NCBI GenBank assembly: GCA_030295235.1
Contig: AP026143.1
Coordinates: 496,001 to 560,000 of the forward strand
Length of the DNA: 64,000 nt
Direction of reading: 5' to 3'
Source of the DNA: Fistulifera solaris
Lineage: Eukaryota
Within the stretch, counting starts at the first letter, position 1, and the number at the start of each line of letters is the position of its first letter. Positions 62,965 to 64,000 of this stretch are shown here, in pieces. Under the pieces are notes generated by a model. It saw only the letters and a list, made by a program, of their open reading frames with translations, did no database searches and was not told the DNA's origin. Both the position numbers and the translations under genes were made by a program.

Positions 62965-64000
62965 ATGACGTCTATTGCTGTATCAAGACTTCTCACCTCG
63001 TCGCGAACAGCACGCGCACTTGCGGGCCTCGACCGAATCACCGCTACATCACGCTTCTCCACCACAACATCGGAGCGCTCCGGGGACGATGACATCACTC
63101 CCAGTCAAACATTTGTTAAGACTCGCATTCGACCCGGAGAATGGGATCCAGAGACACGTACAAATCTCTCTATCGCCCCAAATTCCGTTCGAGGGCCAAA
63201 ATTTGGAGCGGTGATGATTTTGCGCGTCAACCGACCGTAGGCTTCTCCTCCGAGTACGAATCCTTCGTCGATGCGGCTGTCACGTTGTCATGGTTGACGC
63301 AGAATGATCAAAAGCAAATTTACCGTCTTTATTGTGACATTCTGGAAGCCACGACCGAGGGAAGTCGCACTTCGCATGAATACATAGTTCGAGTCGTCGC
63401 GCAAAAGTTCAATTTGACCCCGGAACGTGTGGCGGCGGTCATTCAGCTTCAGCACAATGAAGAGCAAATGATTCGAAAACAACAAGAAGGCGACGACAGT
63501 GTCAAGCTGTTGACAGAGGCTGCCGAGTACATGGACAACGCCATCCAGCAAGAAATCAACGAAGCGTACCGGGGTTTCGGTTTGAAGAAACCTGATGAAT
63601 TTGTGGAAGACCCAACCTTCATTGGTGTTGGACAGGAGAGCAAGTCATGGAAAGTCATTGATGATCTTTTCGATGTTGATCAGCTCATGAAAGACGCGGC
63701 TGTTCGAGATGAGAGGGAAGCCCGGGTGGCGATTGACGGTTACGTCTATGTTGAAGATGTCGACGAGAGTTCCGTCAAAATTCCCATTTCGAAAGACTGC
63801 CGTGAGCTAATTAAGTCTGTGAATCGCTTCAAAAAGACCGTCTCCAGCGAAGGTGACATCGAATCGATAGATGCACTGCCGAAAGGGGGTGAGCGTCGCG
63901 AACGATGGAAGTTTGTAGCGCAAGTTGTGAATACTCGCCAGCTTCGTCGCCAGCGAGATAGCGACGCCAAGAAGAGAAAGAATCACGCACCAAGGAGCTA
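62965..64000 (+). CDS. Putative mitochondrial protein, possibly mitoribosomal mS45/Bot1-like; frameshifted and running off the window
   Basis: Transit-like MTSIAVSRLLTSSRTARAL. After a shift at ~63200 the frame stays open to the window end (SWLTQNDQKQIYRLY..RVVAQKFNLTPERVAAVIQLQHNEE). Confidence 0.55.

Overview
Compact, gene-dense eukaryotic DNA with short GT-AG introns, bipartite plastid-targeting presequences (ASAF-like motifs) and diatom-type families (DUF6824, GT61, hybrid histidine kinase). This is almost certainly a pennate diatom nuclear chromosome. Two members of a lineage-expanded LRR-like family resemble proteins I associate with Fistulifera, but that is recall only and unchecked. 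About 35 protein genes are supportable, including PP1, an SLC35F transporter, SmB, MOSC, NHP2, CSN5, PSMA5, U2B''/U1A, DHHC, two IMP1-like peptidases, a K+-dependent H+-PPase, homoserine dehydrogenase and a GAF hybrid kinase. Roughly half carry 1-bp indels in homopolymer runs, most likely assembly errors rather than pseudogenisation. The notable structure is non-coding: (1) a canonical non-autonomous Helitron carrying a ~625-bp (CA)n microsatellite; (2) a 1.38-kb TIR element with an AT target duplication inserted in a 241-bp tandem array; (3) a recurrent quasi-palindromic CRYGACT-N5-11-YCAGTC motif upstream of many genes, also present in the 241-bp and 225-bp arrays; (4) a near-identical 3 x 2161-bp tandem triplication across the convergent PPase/IMP1 genes that creates an in-frame chimeric ORF; (5) a 34-bp minisatellite whose unit recurs 35 kb away; (6) many intergenic TACCWGGTA and TACGGAGTA words resembling transposon excision footprints. 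No rRNA, tRNA or CRISPR array was found.
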